NCBI GenBank assembly: GCA_944390225.1 | Contig: CALXPB010000001.1 | Span: 85,196 to 149,195, forward strand | DNA length: 64,000 bases | Direction of reading: 5' to 3' | Source: an uncultured Alphaproteobacteria bacterium | GTDB taxonomy: Bacteria > Pseudomonadota > Alphaproteobacteria > Rs-D84 | Shown here: positions 19,891 to 29,356 of the stretch, piece after piece | Layout of the letters: each line of letters begins with the position of its first letter | Numbering within the stretch: position 1 is the stretch's first letter | Translations under genes and position numbers: made by a program | The notes under the pieces: model-generated | The model's database searches: none | What the model was told of the DNA's origin: nothing | Seen by the model: the letters and a program-made list of their open reading frames with translations, nothing else

Positions 19891-21273
19891 TCATTCTTTT
19901 CCCAACGCCATTTTAATTAGTTGCTTTGATTCAACCAGAAATTCCATAGGTAGACGAGATATAATCGGTGCCGCAACAGCACCAATTATAAGTGCGGTTG
20001 CTTCGTCTTCGCTTATTCCTGCTTCCATTAAGAATAATAGTTGCGTTTTATCTATCGTTCCGGTAGTCGCTTCATGGCTCTGTTCGTTCTCACCGTTAGA
20101 ATGTATTATTGTCGGTAAAGTATTTACAATAGCTTTGTTGCCTATTATGCGAGTATCACATTTCGAAGCATTTTTGCTATGCGTACCACTAAAACTTACT
20201 AGACTGCGAAATGTCTGACGTGATGAATCTAATGCTACTCCATAAGAAACTATGTTAGAAATAGTTCCGTTTCCGAGATGCAACATTTTTGTTCCTGTAT
20301 CTGCTTGCTGACCGCCACGTGTTATAGTTAAAGAATAAAAATCACTTTTTGATTTGTCACCCGCAAGAATTGTGGACGGATATTTCCATGTTATTGCAGA
20401 ACCTATTTCAACCTGAGTCCAATCAAGACGAGCGTTTATACCGCATTTACCTCGTTTAGTGACAAAATTTAGTATTCCTCCTTTTGAATATGATGTATTT
20501 TCTTTAAATTCCCCAGCATACCAATTTTGTACAGTTGCATATTTTACAGTAGAGTCATCCAATGCAATTATTTCTACTACGCCGCTATGTAATTGATGGT
20601 TAGGACGGCGCGGAGCACTACAACCTTCCATATAACTTAACGTTGCACCTTTGTCCGCAATTATCAGAGTTCGTTCAAATTGACCTATTTTAGCAGTTTC
20701 AATCCGAAAATAACTTGCTAAATCTATGGGACATTTTACGTCTGGCGGAATATATACAAAAGTCCCATCAGAGAATACCGCAGCGTTTAACGCCGCAAAG
20801 AAGTTATCTGTTGAAGATACAACTGTCCCTAAGTATTTTTTTACTAAGTCAGGGTATTGCTTTACGGCTTCTGATAAAGGTAAAAATATTATACCTAGTT
20901 TATTTAATTCCTCTGTGTAAGAGGTATGTACAGATTTGCTGTCTATTACAGTATCTGTTGCCATACCAAGTAATGCCCGTTGTTCGCTTTCGGGTAAGCC
21001 CATTTTTTCATACGTATGTTTTAAATCAGAATTATCTAAACTTTTCTGTTCGTTATAATAATTTAATGAATCATAATCTATATTTTTATAATCTATTTCT
21101 GCCCAATGAGGTTCAGACATTTTCTGCCATATATCAAAAGCGTTAAGACGCCATTGCAATAACCATTTGGGTTCTTGCCTGCAAGACGATATTTCGCGAA
21201 TAAGTTTTTCTGACAATTTCGGCATAAATTTATACTTCATTATGTTGCGCAGCAAGTTGTTTCGCCTGGGCAA
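19891..21273 (-). CDS. sufB: Fe-S cluster assembly scaffold SufB (the real start is probably an internal Met near 21225-21240)
   Basis: 'QEPKWLLQWRLNAFDIWQKMSEPHW', 'YLGTVV...DNFFAALNAAVFSDGTFVYIP' and 'QFERTLIIAD...SYMEGCSAP' match SufB throughout. The annotated 5' end overlaps the upstream ORF. Confidence 0.85.
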   Translation of the reverse strand: MPRRNNLLRNIMKYKFMPKLSEKLIREISSCRQEPKWLLQWRLNAFDIWQKMSEPHWAEIDYKNIDYDSLNYYNEQKSLDNSDLKHTYEKMGLPESEQRALLGMATDTVIDSKSVHTSYTEELNKLGIIFLPLSEAVKQYPDLVKKYLGTVVSSTDNFFAALNAAVFSDGTFVYIPPDVKCPIDLASYFRIETAKIGQFERTLIIADKGATLSYMEGCSAPRRPNHQLHSGVVEIIALDDSTVKYATVQNWYAGEFKENTSYSKGGILNFVTKRGKCGINARLDWTQVEIGSAITWKYPSTILAGDKSKSDFYSLTITRGGQQADTGTKMLHLGNGTISNIVSYGVALDSSRQTFRSLVSFSGTHSKNASKCDTRIIGNKAIVNTLPTIIHSNGENEQSHEATTGTIDKTQLLFLMEAGISEDEATALIIGAVAAPIISRLPMEFLVESKQLIKMALGKE

Positions 21274-21778
21274 AGAAAGTCAAAGATTGCCCCAGTAAAC
21301 CGTCCGTGAATGTTGCAGAAAGGATACCGTCTGGATCTGTGGTAGTCAGGTAATGCAGGAAGCCGTCCGCACGATTTATATAATTATCCACACTGCGAGA
21401 AACTTCGGAATCTAGTTTTATGCACCTGCGTAATTTTTCCAAAGCAAAAGGATTCTTTGCGTACTCGTCCATTATCCCGCCAAGTGCGCGCCATAACGGA
21501 TGTTCAGAAGTACTACGTGGCATTATATCAATTGCCGCCATAATAGGAATTAAATTTTGTAGCAAGTCTTGATATATCATTTCTGCGTTTTCTGCAACCG
21601 CATTTGTTGCAGATTTTTTCTTTAATATAGATTGAATTTTTACTATCAGATTATATTGATGAGTCAATGTCTTTGTTGCTTCTCGAACGCGACGATTTAT
21701 AATAAGCATAAAACATAAAAGACCGACGTTCAAAATAACTAACAAGATGATTCCACCAAAAATCCATAAATCGTGCAT
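21230..21778 (-). CDS. Membrane-anchored hypothetical protein upstream of sufB
   Basis: 182 aa with a single N-terminal TM helix and then a soluble domain. No recognisable motif. Confidence 0.4.
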   Translation of the reverse strand: MHDLWIFGGIILLVILNVGLLCFMLIINRRVREATKTLTHQYNLIVKIQSILKKKSATNAVAENAEMIYQDLLQNLIPIMAAIDIMPRSTSEHPLWRALGGIMDEYAKNPFALEKLRRCIKLDSEVSRSVDNYINRADGFLHYLTTTDPDGILSATFTDGLLGQSLTFFAQAKQLAAQHNEV

Positions 21779-21955
21779 AAATTACTCCTGAGTGTTTCAA
21801 ATTACAGAGCACAGTATAGCATCTTTTATCGATTCGTGCGATTTTATCTTAAATAAAATTATGATTTTAAAAGAGTGCGTTTTGGTCTTGCACAGATTCG
21901 GTCAAGTTGTTATAATAATCTTAAAATAAGAGAAATATTCAGTAAAGGAAGATTG

Positions 21956-22939
21956 ATGTTTCGTAAAATTTTAATTGTCGCAATGTTTGCAACTGCTGCG
22001 GGTTATTGCTTTGCCGCGGAAAATTTACCTCAGGTCGTCACGTCAGAGGTGTTTTATGTACAGGGTTCTAATGTTGATACTTCGCAACAAGAACAGTACA
22101 CATCTAATCAATTTGTAAATGAAACTCAACAGGTCGCACAAATTCCTGTTTGGCCGATTGCAGGTTCAGAAGCAGATGTGGAGGTTTCTTGCGAGGGGGC
22201 AATATGTTCTAAATCAAAGCAAAATGATAATATAAGAATCGTTTCAAAAATAGGGGCTGATTTAGTCGTTGAAAATAACTTTAATCTGAAAACTTTCGGA
22301 GACGGTGGTTTCGGGGGCTGGTCTGGTGGTGCAAATATGTTGCACGGTAATCAAATACCTGTGGGGTTTGATAATGAATGTAATAACGGTTCTGAAATGC
22401 CTCTGTTGCATAGAGAAATGCTAGAAGACGATGGTGGCTCTGTGTTGGCTGTTTCACGGAGTTCGCGTAATACTTGTACAAAGTATAAAGATGGTTATGA
22501 TGCGTTTAACGCAAAAATGGGGTTGACCGAAGAAGAGGTTGCTATGGTAAACGAAGAAGACGATTTATTCGCTGGAACTGCTTCTGGAGTGTCCGCATCC
22601 GGAGAGTATATGACAGAAAGTTCAGAAACGGAAATTTCTGTTGATATATCTGCCGATGCAGAACCACCTGTGGTTCTGATGGATCAGGTCAGATCTTGGG
22701 TTGTTGCCAGCGGTCAAACTTTGCGTGAGGTTCTGCAGAACTGGTGTAATAAAGAAGGTTGGGATTTAGTTTGGGCTACTTCACGTGAATACCCCATTGA
22801 AGCCAGTGCTGTATTTAAAGGACGTTTCGTAGATGTTGCGTCTGCGCTGGTCAGAAACTTTTCACGTGCGACCCCCGTACCTTATGCAAAGTTTTATAAA
22901 GGAAATCGGGTGTTGGTAATTTCTACGTCAGAAGAATAA
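21956..22939 (+). CDS. Secreted protein with a TcpQ-like C-terminal domain (putative type IVb pilus secretin-associated protein)
   Basis: Signal peptide 'MFRKILIVAMFATAAGYCFA'. The C-terminal 'GQTLREVLQNWCNKEGWDLVWATSREYPIEASAVFKGRFVDVASALVRNF' resembles the TcpQ/PilL-type domain. It is immediately followed by a lipoprotein secretin. Confidence 0.45.
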   Translation: MFRKILIVAMFATAAGYCFAAENLPQVVTSEVFYVQGSNVDTSQQEQYTSNQFVNETQQVAQIPVWPIAGSEADVEVSCEGAICSKSKQNDNIRIVSKIGADLVVENNFNLKTFGDGGFGGWSGGANMLHGNQIPVGFDNECNNGSEMPLLHREMLEDDGGSVLAVSRSSRNTCTKYKDGYDAFNAKMGLTEEEVAMVNEEDDLFAGTASGVSASGEYMTESSETEISVDISADAEPPVVLMDQVRSWVVASGQTLREVLQNWCNKEGWDLVWATSREYPIEASAVFKGRFVDVASALVRNFSRATPVPYAKFYKGNRVLVISTSEE

Positions 22940-22972
22940 AGTGTTTTTATGGCTTGCCAGAGGAGAAAATAA

Positions 22973-24601
22973 ATGACCAAACTAATTAAATTTTTTGTTA
23001 TGTGCGGTGTCGTATGTGTTATGGCAACCGGTTGCGCCAAGGAAGAATCTGCCAAGGTCGCAGCATCAGTAGATCAAGATTTTATTAATGCATATGATGC
23101 TTTTGAAATGGCAAAAAACCCGCGCGCAAAAGTTGCAAGTGGTGATACCGTTTCTGTATCAGAAGGGGTTTGGTTGGGGGCTTCGTCAACCGTTTTGGAA
23201 CATAGAAATAATTTACCGTCCAGATTTGAAACAGATACTGGAATTACAATTTTATTAGATGAACCAGTTACTTTACAGGTTCTGGCTAATAATATAAATT
23301 CTATTACTGGAATACCTGTAAAAATTGATAGTCAAGTTAATCAAGATAAATTAAGAAAGACTATAAATATTGCTTATACCGGTAAATTGTCTGGTTTACT
23401 GTCTCAAATTGCAACCGATTTAGATATTTTATGGTATTATGATAAAACTTCTATTGTCTTTTATGAAACAGAAACGAAAACATTTACTTTATATGCTCTT
23501 GGTACAGATGTTTCTTATCAGACAGCCGTAGAAACAGATGATGGTAATCAAGTTTCTTTGGAATCTACTTTAAAAGAATGGGATGAAATAGAAAATGCCA
23601 TCGGTGCAATAATCGGTGATAATGAAAATACGAAATTTACTGTATCGCGTAGTTTGGGGACAATTACGGTAACGGCGCCTCCTTCTATTTTAACTAGGGT
23701 TGGTGAATATATCGCGCGTCAGAATAAACGTTTGTCGCAACTGGTTACAATCGATGTCAAGGTTTTACAGGTTTCTATATCTAATGATTCTGCGTTTGGT
23801 TTGAATCTAGCCGCCGCAATTAATTCTGCGTCAGGTTTAAATATAGTTGCAAACCCAAAGAACAATTTGGCCACAACGGAAGCAAGCGGAATGAATATCG
23901 CTGTGTTATCTAATACTGTATCGGCAATGACGGGGGCGACTCACTTGGTCGGTAATGAAGAGGTCGCCGGTGCATATACCCAAGACCAAATACAGAACGG
24001 TTCTTTATCCGGTGTTGCAGGTAGTAATGCTTTGATTCAGGCTTTGGCAAAGCAGGGTAAGGTTTCTTTGGTCACAAATGTAGGTGTGACTACACGTAGC
24101 AACCGTGTTGCTCCGGTTAATAACACAAAGACAACCGGTTATATCAAACGTTTTGAATCTCGTAACTTTACTACTGTTGAATCTAGTACAGTTGATCAAG
24201 ATGATTTGGAAACTGGTTTTTCTATGCAGTTGTTGCCGAATGTTTTAGAAAACGGTAAGATTCTGTTGCTGTTCAGAATGTCTGTGCGTGAATTGTTAAA
24301 GATGTCTACTCAGACAATTGGTGAAGTTACCTTGCAGTTGCCAGAAGTAGAAGAACGCAGTTTCATGCAAGAAGTCATTATGGAATCTGGTCAGATGTTA
24401 GTGGTTTCTGGATTTGAAAAGCAGACAAATAATGATACTCGTTACGGATTAGGAGATCCAGACTTTATGGCACTTTCTGGCTCTCGCGAGACTACCGCAA
24501 CTCGTGACGTGCTGGTTGTTATCTTGACGCCACAGGTTTTGGTAAGTCCGATGGATGCGGAAAGAAATATACAGCAACATTGGGGGGCTCCGTTAAATTA
24601 A
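22973..24601 (+). CDS. Lipoprotein secretin of the type IVb pilus class (TcpC/BfpB/PilN-like)
   Basis: Lipobox 'MATGC'. The C-terminal secretin domain 'RYGLGDPDFMALSGSRETTATRDVLVVILTPQVL' matches the conserved 'vPiLGDiP.LG.LF...........LlifitP.iv' secretin motif. Confidence 0.65.
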   Translation: MTKLIKFFVMCGVVCVMATGCAKEESAKVAASVDQDFINAYDAFEMAKNPRAKVASGDTVSVSEGVWLGASSTVLEHRNNLPSRFETDTGITILLDEPVTLQVLANNINSITGIPVKIDSQVNQDKLRKTINIAYTGKLSGLLSQIATDLDILWYYDKTSIVFYETETKTFTLYALGTDVSYQTAVETDDGNQVSLESTLKEWDEIENAIGAIIGDNENTKFTVSRSLGTITVTAPPSILTRVGEYIARQNKRLSQLVTIDVKVLQVSISNDSAFGLNLAAAINSASGLNIVANPKNNLATTEASGMNIAVLSNTVSAMTGATHLVGNEEVAGAYTQDQIQNGSLSGVAGSNALIQALAKQGKVSLVTNVGVTTRSNRVAPVNNTKTTGYIKRFESRNFTTVESSTVDQDDLETGFSMQLLPNVLENGKILLLFRMSVRELLKMSTQTIGEVTLQLPEVEERSFMQEVIMESGQMLVVSGFEKQTNNDTRYGLGDPDFMALSGSRETTATRDVLVVILTPQVLVSPMDAERNIQQHWGAPLN

Positions 24602-24610
24602 TAAAGAACC

Positions 24611-24672
24611 GCCGTTATGGCGGTTCTTTATAATTTTTGAAGATTAAAAAGCACTCAAAAAAGAGTGCTTTT
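24611..24672. terminator. Two back-to-back terminator hairpins between the secretin gene (+) and rpsT (-)
   Basis: 'gaaccgccgttatggcggttc' + T-run, and 'aaaaagcactcaaaaaagagtgcttttt'. Confidence 0.65.
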
Positions 24673-24694
24673 TATAAAATTAATTTTAAGAAAA

Positions 24695-24955
24695 TTATGC
24701 TATTTTAGCGACTTTCTTTGCCAGACGAGATACTTTGCGAGCAGCACGTTTTTTTGGCATTATTTTTCCGACAGATTTCATAATTTTACTTTCTGCAATG
24801 CGTACCGCATTAACCGCAGCAGTTTTATCACCGGTTTCAATGGCGGCTAATGCTTTTTTGGTAGTTGTTTTTACCGCACTGCGACGTGATGTATTTACGG
24901 CGTTCTTTTTTGCCGTTACTAAGATTCTTTTTTTAGATGACTTATGATTTGCCAC
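24695..24955 (-). CDS. rpsT: 30S ribosomal protein S20
   Basis: 86 aa, basic. 'MANHKSSKKR...' is the typical S20 N-terminus. Confidence 0.9.
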   Translation of the reverse strand: MANHKSSKKRILVTAKKNAVNTSRRSAVKTTTKKALAAIETGDKTAAVNAVRIAESKIMKSVGKIMPKKRAARKVSRLAKKVAKIA

Positions 24956-25028
24956 TTTATTTTCCTTTTATTTGTTTACGTTTTCTGATATTTTATAGAA
25001 AACAAACATAAAATCAAGGAAAAATAAA

Positions 25029-25616
25029 ATGGCATATATAATCGGAATAATTATTTCTTATTTACTGGGTTCTATACCAATGGGGTTATTATTAACTAAA
25101 TTTATGGGGAAAGGCGATTTACGTAAAGTCGGTAGCGGTAATATCGGTGCAACTAATGTTATGAGGGTTGGTGGTTTAAGAATGGCGGCTATGACATGGG
25201 TGTTGGATATGTTGAAAGCAATTTTTGCCGTATTCGTCGGATATATTATAGGAGGAACTGTGTTCGGGGCTTGGTGCGGATTTTTTGCTGTCTTCGGGCA
25301 CTGTTATCCTGTCTGGTTAAGGTTTCATGGCGGAAAAGGTATATCTTCTTTATTTGGTGTTCTTCTGGCTATAAGTCCTATGTCTTTTTTTGTCTGCGGA
25401 ATTGAGTGGTTGTTGGTTGCGTTATCTTCTGGGTATTCATCTTTGGGTGCGGTTGTTGCATTTTGTGTTATGCCTTTATTAGGTTTCTTTATCGGATGGC
25501 AGGTAGGTTTACCTTTCTTGGCAATTGCTTTATTATGCTTGTGGCGCCATCGTGAAAATATAGGAAGATTGGTGGCAGGAACCGAATCAAAAATTGAATG
25601 GAAATGGAAAAAATAG
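25029..25616 (+). CDS. plsY: Glycerol-3-phosphate acyltransferase PlsY
   Basis: 195 aa membrane protein with the 'GSGNIGATNVMR' motif. Confidence 0.85.
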   Translation: MAYIIGIIISYLLGSIPMGLLLTKFMGKGDLRKVGSGNIGATNVMRVGGLRMAAMTWVLDMLKAIFAVFVGYIIGGTVFGAWCGFFAVFGHCYPVWLRFHGGKGISSLFGVLLAISPMSFFVCGIEWLLVALSSGYSSLGAVVAFCVMPLLGFFIGWQVGLPFLAIALLCLWRHRENIGRLVAGTESKIEWKWKK

Positions 25617-25713
25617 TAAATGAAGGTCGCTTTTTTCTTAATAAGCGGCTTTTTATCTTTATTTAATACGGTTTTTGTGATATAATAAATTTAATAATAA
25701 GGAAGAGAGAATA

Positions 25714-26529
25714 ATGAAAAAACTTACATTTTTTATTATTTTTTGTTGTGCTGTTTTTCCTGCATTGGCGGCGGTTCAGGAAAATCAGGCGCGTCGTTCT
25801 GTCGCGTCTCAGATGGTGATGTCTGCACCGCGCGCGACAGCATCTACTAATGATATTAGTGCTATTGCCGGTGTTGATAAATCAAGTGTGCGTGTAGAAC
25901 CAATCACCACAACAAATACAGGTGCGGTCGTAAATAATAGAGATAAAGAAAAAGAGGTTTGCATAAATAGCAATATAGGAATTGGTGATACATTTGTTTG
26001 GGCGTCTCGTTATAGTAATTCTAATAATTATGCGACTATGGTAGAAGATGTAGAAAATCCGGACAATAATGTTTGCTTTGCCAAAGTTTCTATAAAGTCT
26101 AACGATTCAAAAATAAATGTAAGTGATATTCCTAGTCGTTATTTTGAATTGGGGCAGATTGTAACTTGCGGCGAATGGGCAGATGAAGATGCTCTTCGTC
26201 AACGTATTTTGGACGCAAAAAAAACTGCACGTACTTGGGCAACTGTCGGCGGAGTTGTCGGAGGTGCTGGTATCGGTGTTGGGGCAATGGAGTTATTTGG
26301 TAACACTTTAATCGGTGGTAAAGTTGAGGGCCAAGAAGATTTAACTCCGGACGAGAAATTATTGTCTCATTTGTTGGTACTTAAAAGGGATAAGGACCCT
26401 CAATATGATGAATTTGTAACTGCTTTGAAAACCTTAAAGACAGAATGCAAAAAAATTGAAGAAAATGTACCGTCAGAATGTTCCAAATATAATTATGAAT
26501 ATTTACTGAATGTAGAAAATATTAATTAA
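25714..26529 (+). CDS. Secreted Cys-containing hypothetical protein with a C-terminal glycine-zipper hydrophobic segment
   Basis: Signal peptide 'MKKLTFFIIFCCAVFPALA'. Gly-rich segment 'WATVGGVVGGAGIGVGAMELFG'. No recognisable catalytic motif. Confidence 0.4.
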   Translation: MKKLTFFIIFCCAVFPALAAVQENQARRSVASQMVMSAPRATASTNDISAIAGVDKSSVRVEPITTTNTGAVVNNRDKEKEVCINSNIGIGDTFVWASRYSNSNNYATMVEDVENPDNNVCFAKVSIKSNDSKINVSDIPSRYFELGQIVTCGEWADEDALRQRILDAKKTARTWATVGGVVGGAGIGVGAMELFGNTLIGGKVEGQEDLTPDEKLLSHLLVLKRDKDPQYDEFVTALKTLKTECKKIEENVPSECSKYNYEYLLNVENIN

Positions 26530-26615
26530 AAAGTCCCTTTGGGACTTTTTTTAATATGTTTTTTGTATCTAAAATAATGCTTTTAATATAAACAAGATGT
26601 TTTTATAGTTGTGTT

Positions 26616-27638
26616 ATGTCGGATTTATTTCATAAATTATTGATTCTTCGCACGGCTGGAATTGGACCGGTGAAGTATAAAGAGTTGATAGATAAGTTTG
26701 AAACTATCGAAGCAGTAATCGATTCGTTAAAATGTGGCGACGGAGTTCGCGAATCTGTTCTGCGTGAGATGGAACTTGCAGAGAAGAACGGTATACATTA
26801 TATATGTGATGATGACGAAAGATATCCTGCTAAACTTAAAGAAATAAAAAATCATCCGCCAGTAATAACAGTGCGTGGAAATTTAGATGCTTTATTAAAA
26901 CCAGCGGTTAGTATTGTTGGTACTCGTCATGCAACTGTTGCGGGAATGGAGTTTACAACGGCGTTGGGGCGAAAGTTTGCAGAAAAAGGTTTTGCAGTTG
27001 CATCTGGTATGGCTATGGGGACAGATTCTGCGGCTCATCGAGGAGCGTTAAAATCTGACGGTTCTGCGCAAACAATCGCTGTTGTTGCAGGAGGGGCAGA
27101 TTATATATGGCCTCTGGAAAACGAATCTTTATATTGGGAAATTGTAAACAGTGGGGCGGTCATAAGTGAAATGCCTGTCGGTTTGGTTCCTGTTGCGAAT
27201 AATTTCGTGCAGAGAAATAGATTAATTGCCGGAATATGCGAAAAATTAATATTGGGCGAGGCGGATTTGAATTCAGGTAGTATGACAACAGCCCGATTCG
27301 CAATTGAATATGGACGAGAGATTTTTGCAATTCCGTCACATCCTTTGGATTCTCGTGGAAAAGGACCGAATTCTTTAATAAAAAAAGGGCTTGCAAAAAT
27401 TTGTACGGGTTTAGAAGATTTCTTTGAAACGGAAAATTTTGAATCCGAAAAGAAAAAAAATTATGAAAAAAATGAAGACGAAAATAGTTTACTTGATGTC
27501 CTAGGAACGATTCCCGTTTCCGAATCTGTATTGGCAGAGATTGTCAAAAAAAGTATTGCGGAAATTAAAAGTATTTTGGTTGTCTTAGAATTACAAGGGT
27601 TGGTTAAAAAAGTGGACGGTGGTTATATTCGCAATTGA
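26616..27638 (+). CDS. dprA: DNA processing protein DprA (Smf)
   Basis: 340 aa with a Rossmann-like DprA core ('AVSIVGTRHATVAGMEFT', 'GMAMGTDSAAHRGAL', 'FVQRNRLIAG'). Confidence 0.85.
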   Translation: MSDLFHKLLILRTAGIGPVKYKELIDKFETIEAVIDSLKCGDGVRESVLREMELAEKNGIHYICDDDERYPAKLKEIKNHPPVITVRGNLDALLKPAVSIVGTRHATVAGMEFTTALGRKFAEKGFAVASGMAMGTDSAAHRGALKSDGSAQTIAVVAGGADYIWPLENESLYWEIVNSGAVISEMPVGLVPVANNFVQRNRLIAGICEKLILGEADLNSGSMTTARFAIEYGREIFAIPSHPLDSRGKGPNSLIKKGLAKICTGLEDFFETENFESEKKKNYEKNEDENSLLDVLGTIPVSESVLAEIVKKSIAEIKSILVVLELQGLVKKVDGGYIRN

Positions 27639-27955
27639 AACTTTTTGTGTCTATACAGTGTATATACAAAGCGCAGAAATCAGGTAAAAAAACGAATCGT
27701 TGTCAAAAAATAAATGTAAAAAAATTTGTTAATAATTAGTTGCAAACAAGAATTAATCTTATAACTTATTTGACGTATCCAAAACGATTGAGAGACGCTC
27801 AATCACCGAAGCGAGAGAGTTATAAAAGTAGGAATCATAAAACGCTGTGGTTTATTAGGTCTTGCGGATTTAATGAATGACAGTTTTATGGCAAGGTGTT
27901 TTTTATACTCTTGCGCTGGCAGGAAACTCTTTTAAGGAAGGAAAGGAGAAACGAC

Positions 27956-29242
27956 ATGCAGGTAGCGGCAAAAAAAACAATGATAAATTTAGACCAAATA
28001 AAAAAGGTCATAGCCGAAAAAATGGACACCGCAAGTTATTCTTCTTGGATTTCCCCATTACAGTTTGATATATCCGATGATAGTTTAGTACTGACAGCAC
28101 AGAATCAGTTTTCTGCTGATTTTATCGGCAGCGTACATTTAAATGTTTTATCTTCTGTTGCGGCAGAGTTTGGGCTGGGCGTAAAAATATGTGTTCGCAG
28201 TGCAAATATAAGTGCTCGTGTTGCAAACGATAATTCCGTTCAGAAATATTTACCTGAATCAGCAGAAAAAGTTTCTTTGACCAGTAAAAAAAGTGCATTT
28301 GATGCGTTTATACCATGTGAAGAAAATGCGTTTGTTTTATCTGCATGTAAAAAAATGTCGGCGGGGGCGGTTTCTTTTTCTCCGCTGTTTATTTATGGTC
28401 CGGCGGGATGCGGTAAATCTTTATTAGTAAATTGTATAGAATCTGCATCAGAAGGTCGCGTGATAAAAATGTCTGGCGGACAATTTGTTGCAGAATTTAC
28501 ACGTAGTTTACGTGATAAATCTATATTTGCTTTCAAAGATTTTTGTCGTAATTGTGATACTTTTATTTTGGATGATGTACAAACATTGTCTGGCAAGCAT
28601 GCAACTTGTGAAGAGTTTATGCAACTGATTGTTGATTTACGTTCTTTAGGTAAAAATATTGTGTTAACTGCAAATGTTGCTCCGAATAATTTATCTGGAT
28701 TTGATCGTCGTATGCAGTCTTTGTTTGCGTCCGGGTTGGTTGCAGACGTTGTTGCGCCGACGACAAATGTAAAATGCATCATGTTAAAACGCGCGGGTGT
28801 TGCGGACAATGTTGCCGATGTTTTGGCTTCACGTATTGCGGCTGACGGTCATCTTTTATCTGGCGTTGCAACGAAGATCAAGGCATATTCAGAATTAATG
28901 GGGGAAGAAGTTAACTTATCAGTTGCACAAAGGTTATTGGCTGATAGTTTACAGAAATCAAAGACTCCGATTGCAATGGTAAGGGCAATGTGTGAGAAAC
29001 TGGGTGTTTCATACGATGCCGTATGCGGTAAGGGACGCAGTCGTGCAGTAGTATTGGCGCGTCAAATGATGATGGTTGTATTAAAAGGTGCGACGAATAT
29101 GTCTTTGACGGAAATAGGTCGCGTATGCGGTGATCGTGATCATGCAACAGTTTTGTATGCAGTTTCACAGATTGAAAAAATGAAGCAGACAGATTTGGTA
29201 TTGGCTGCACAAATAAATCAGATGATAGAAGAATTTAAATAA
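27956..29242 (+). CDS. dnaA: Chromosomal replication initiator DnaA
   Basis: AAA+ Walker A 'GPAGCGKSLL'. C-terminal DNA-binding domain 'IGRVCGDRDHATVLYAVSQIEK'. The start is at the Met at 27956 (RBS AAGGAAAGGAG). Confidence 0.9.
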   Translation: MQVAAKKTMINLDQIKKVIAEKMDTASYSSWISPLQFDISDDSLVLTAQNQFSADFIGSVHLNVLSSVAAEFGLGVKICVRSANISARVANDNSVQKYLPESAEKVSLTSKKSAFDAFIPCEENAFVLSACKKMSAGAVSFSPLFIYGPAGCGKSLLVNCIESASEGRVIKMSGGQFVAEFTRSLRDKSIFAFKDFCRNCDTFILDDVQTLSGKHATCEEFMQLIVDLRSLGKNIVLTANVAPNNLSGFDRRMQSLFASGLVADVVAPTTNVKCIMLKRAGVADNVADVLASRIAADGHLLSGVATKIKAYSELMGEEVNLSVAQRLLADSLQKSKTPIAMVRAMCEKLGVSYDAVCGKGRSRAVVLARQMMMVVLKGATNMSLTEIGRVCGDRDHATVLYAVSQIEKMKQTDLVLAAQINQMIEEFK

Positions 29243-29356
29243 AAATAGATTGATATTTATTTATTGGTTCCCCAGTGAAAATATGATAAAATAATATGAA
29301 AAGGTTGGGTGTAAATTATCTAAAATAGTTCGTAAATACGAACAAATGGGGGAGAA

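Noticed and set aside
19277-20218. Plus-strand ORFs inside sufC and sufB
   Set aside because: They are shadow ORFs antisense to well-supported suf genes.
27650-27955. oriC with DnaA-box cluster upstream of dnaA
   Set aside because: No convincing TTATCCACA-type 9-mers were seen. Only one 5/9 match was found. It was kept only as a low-interest note.
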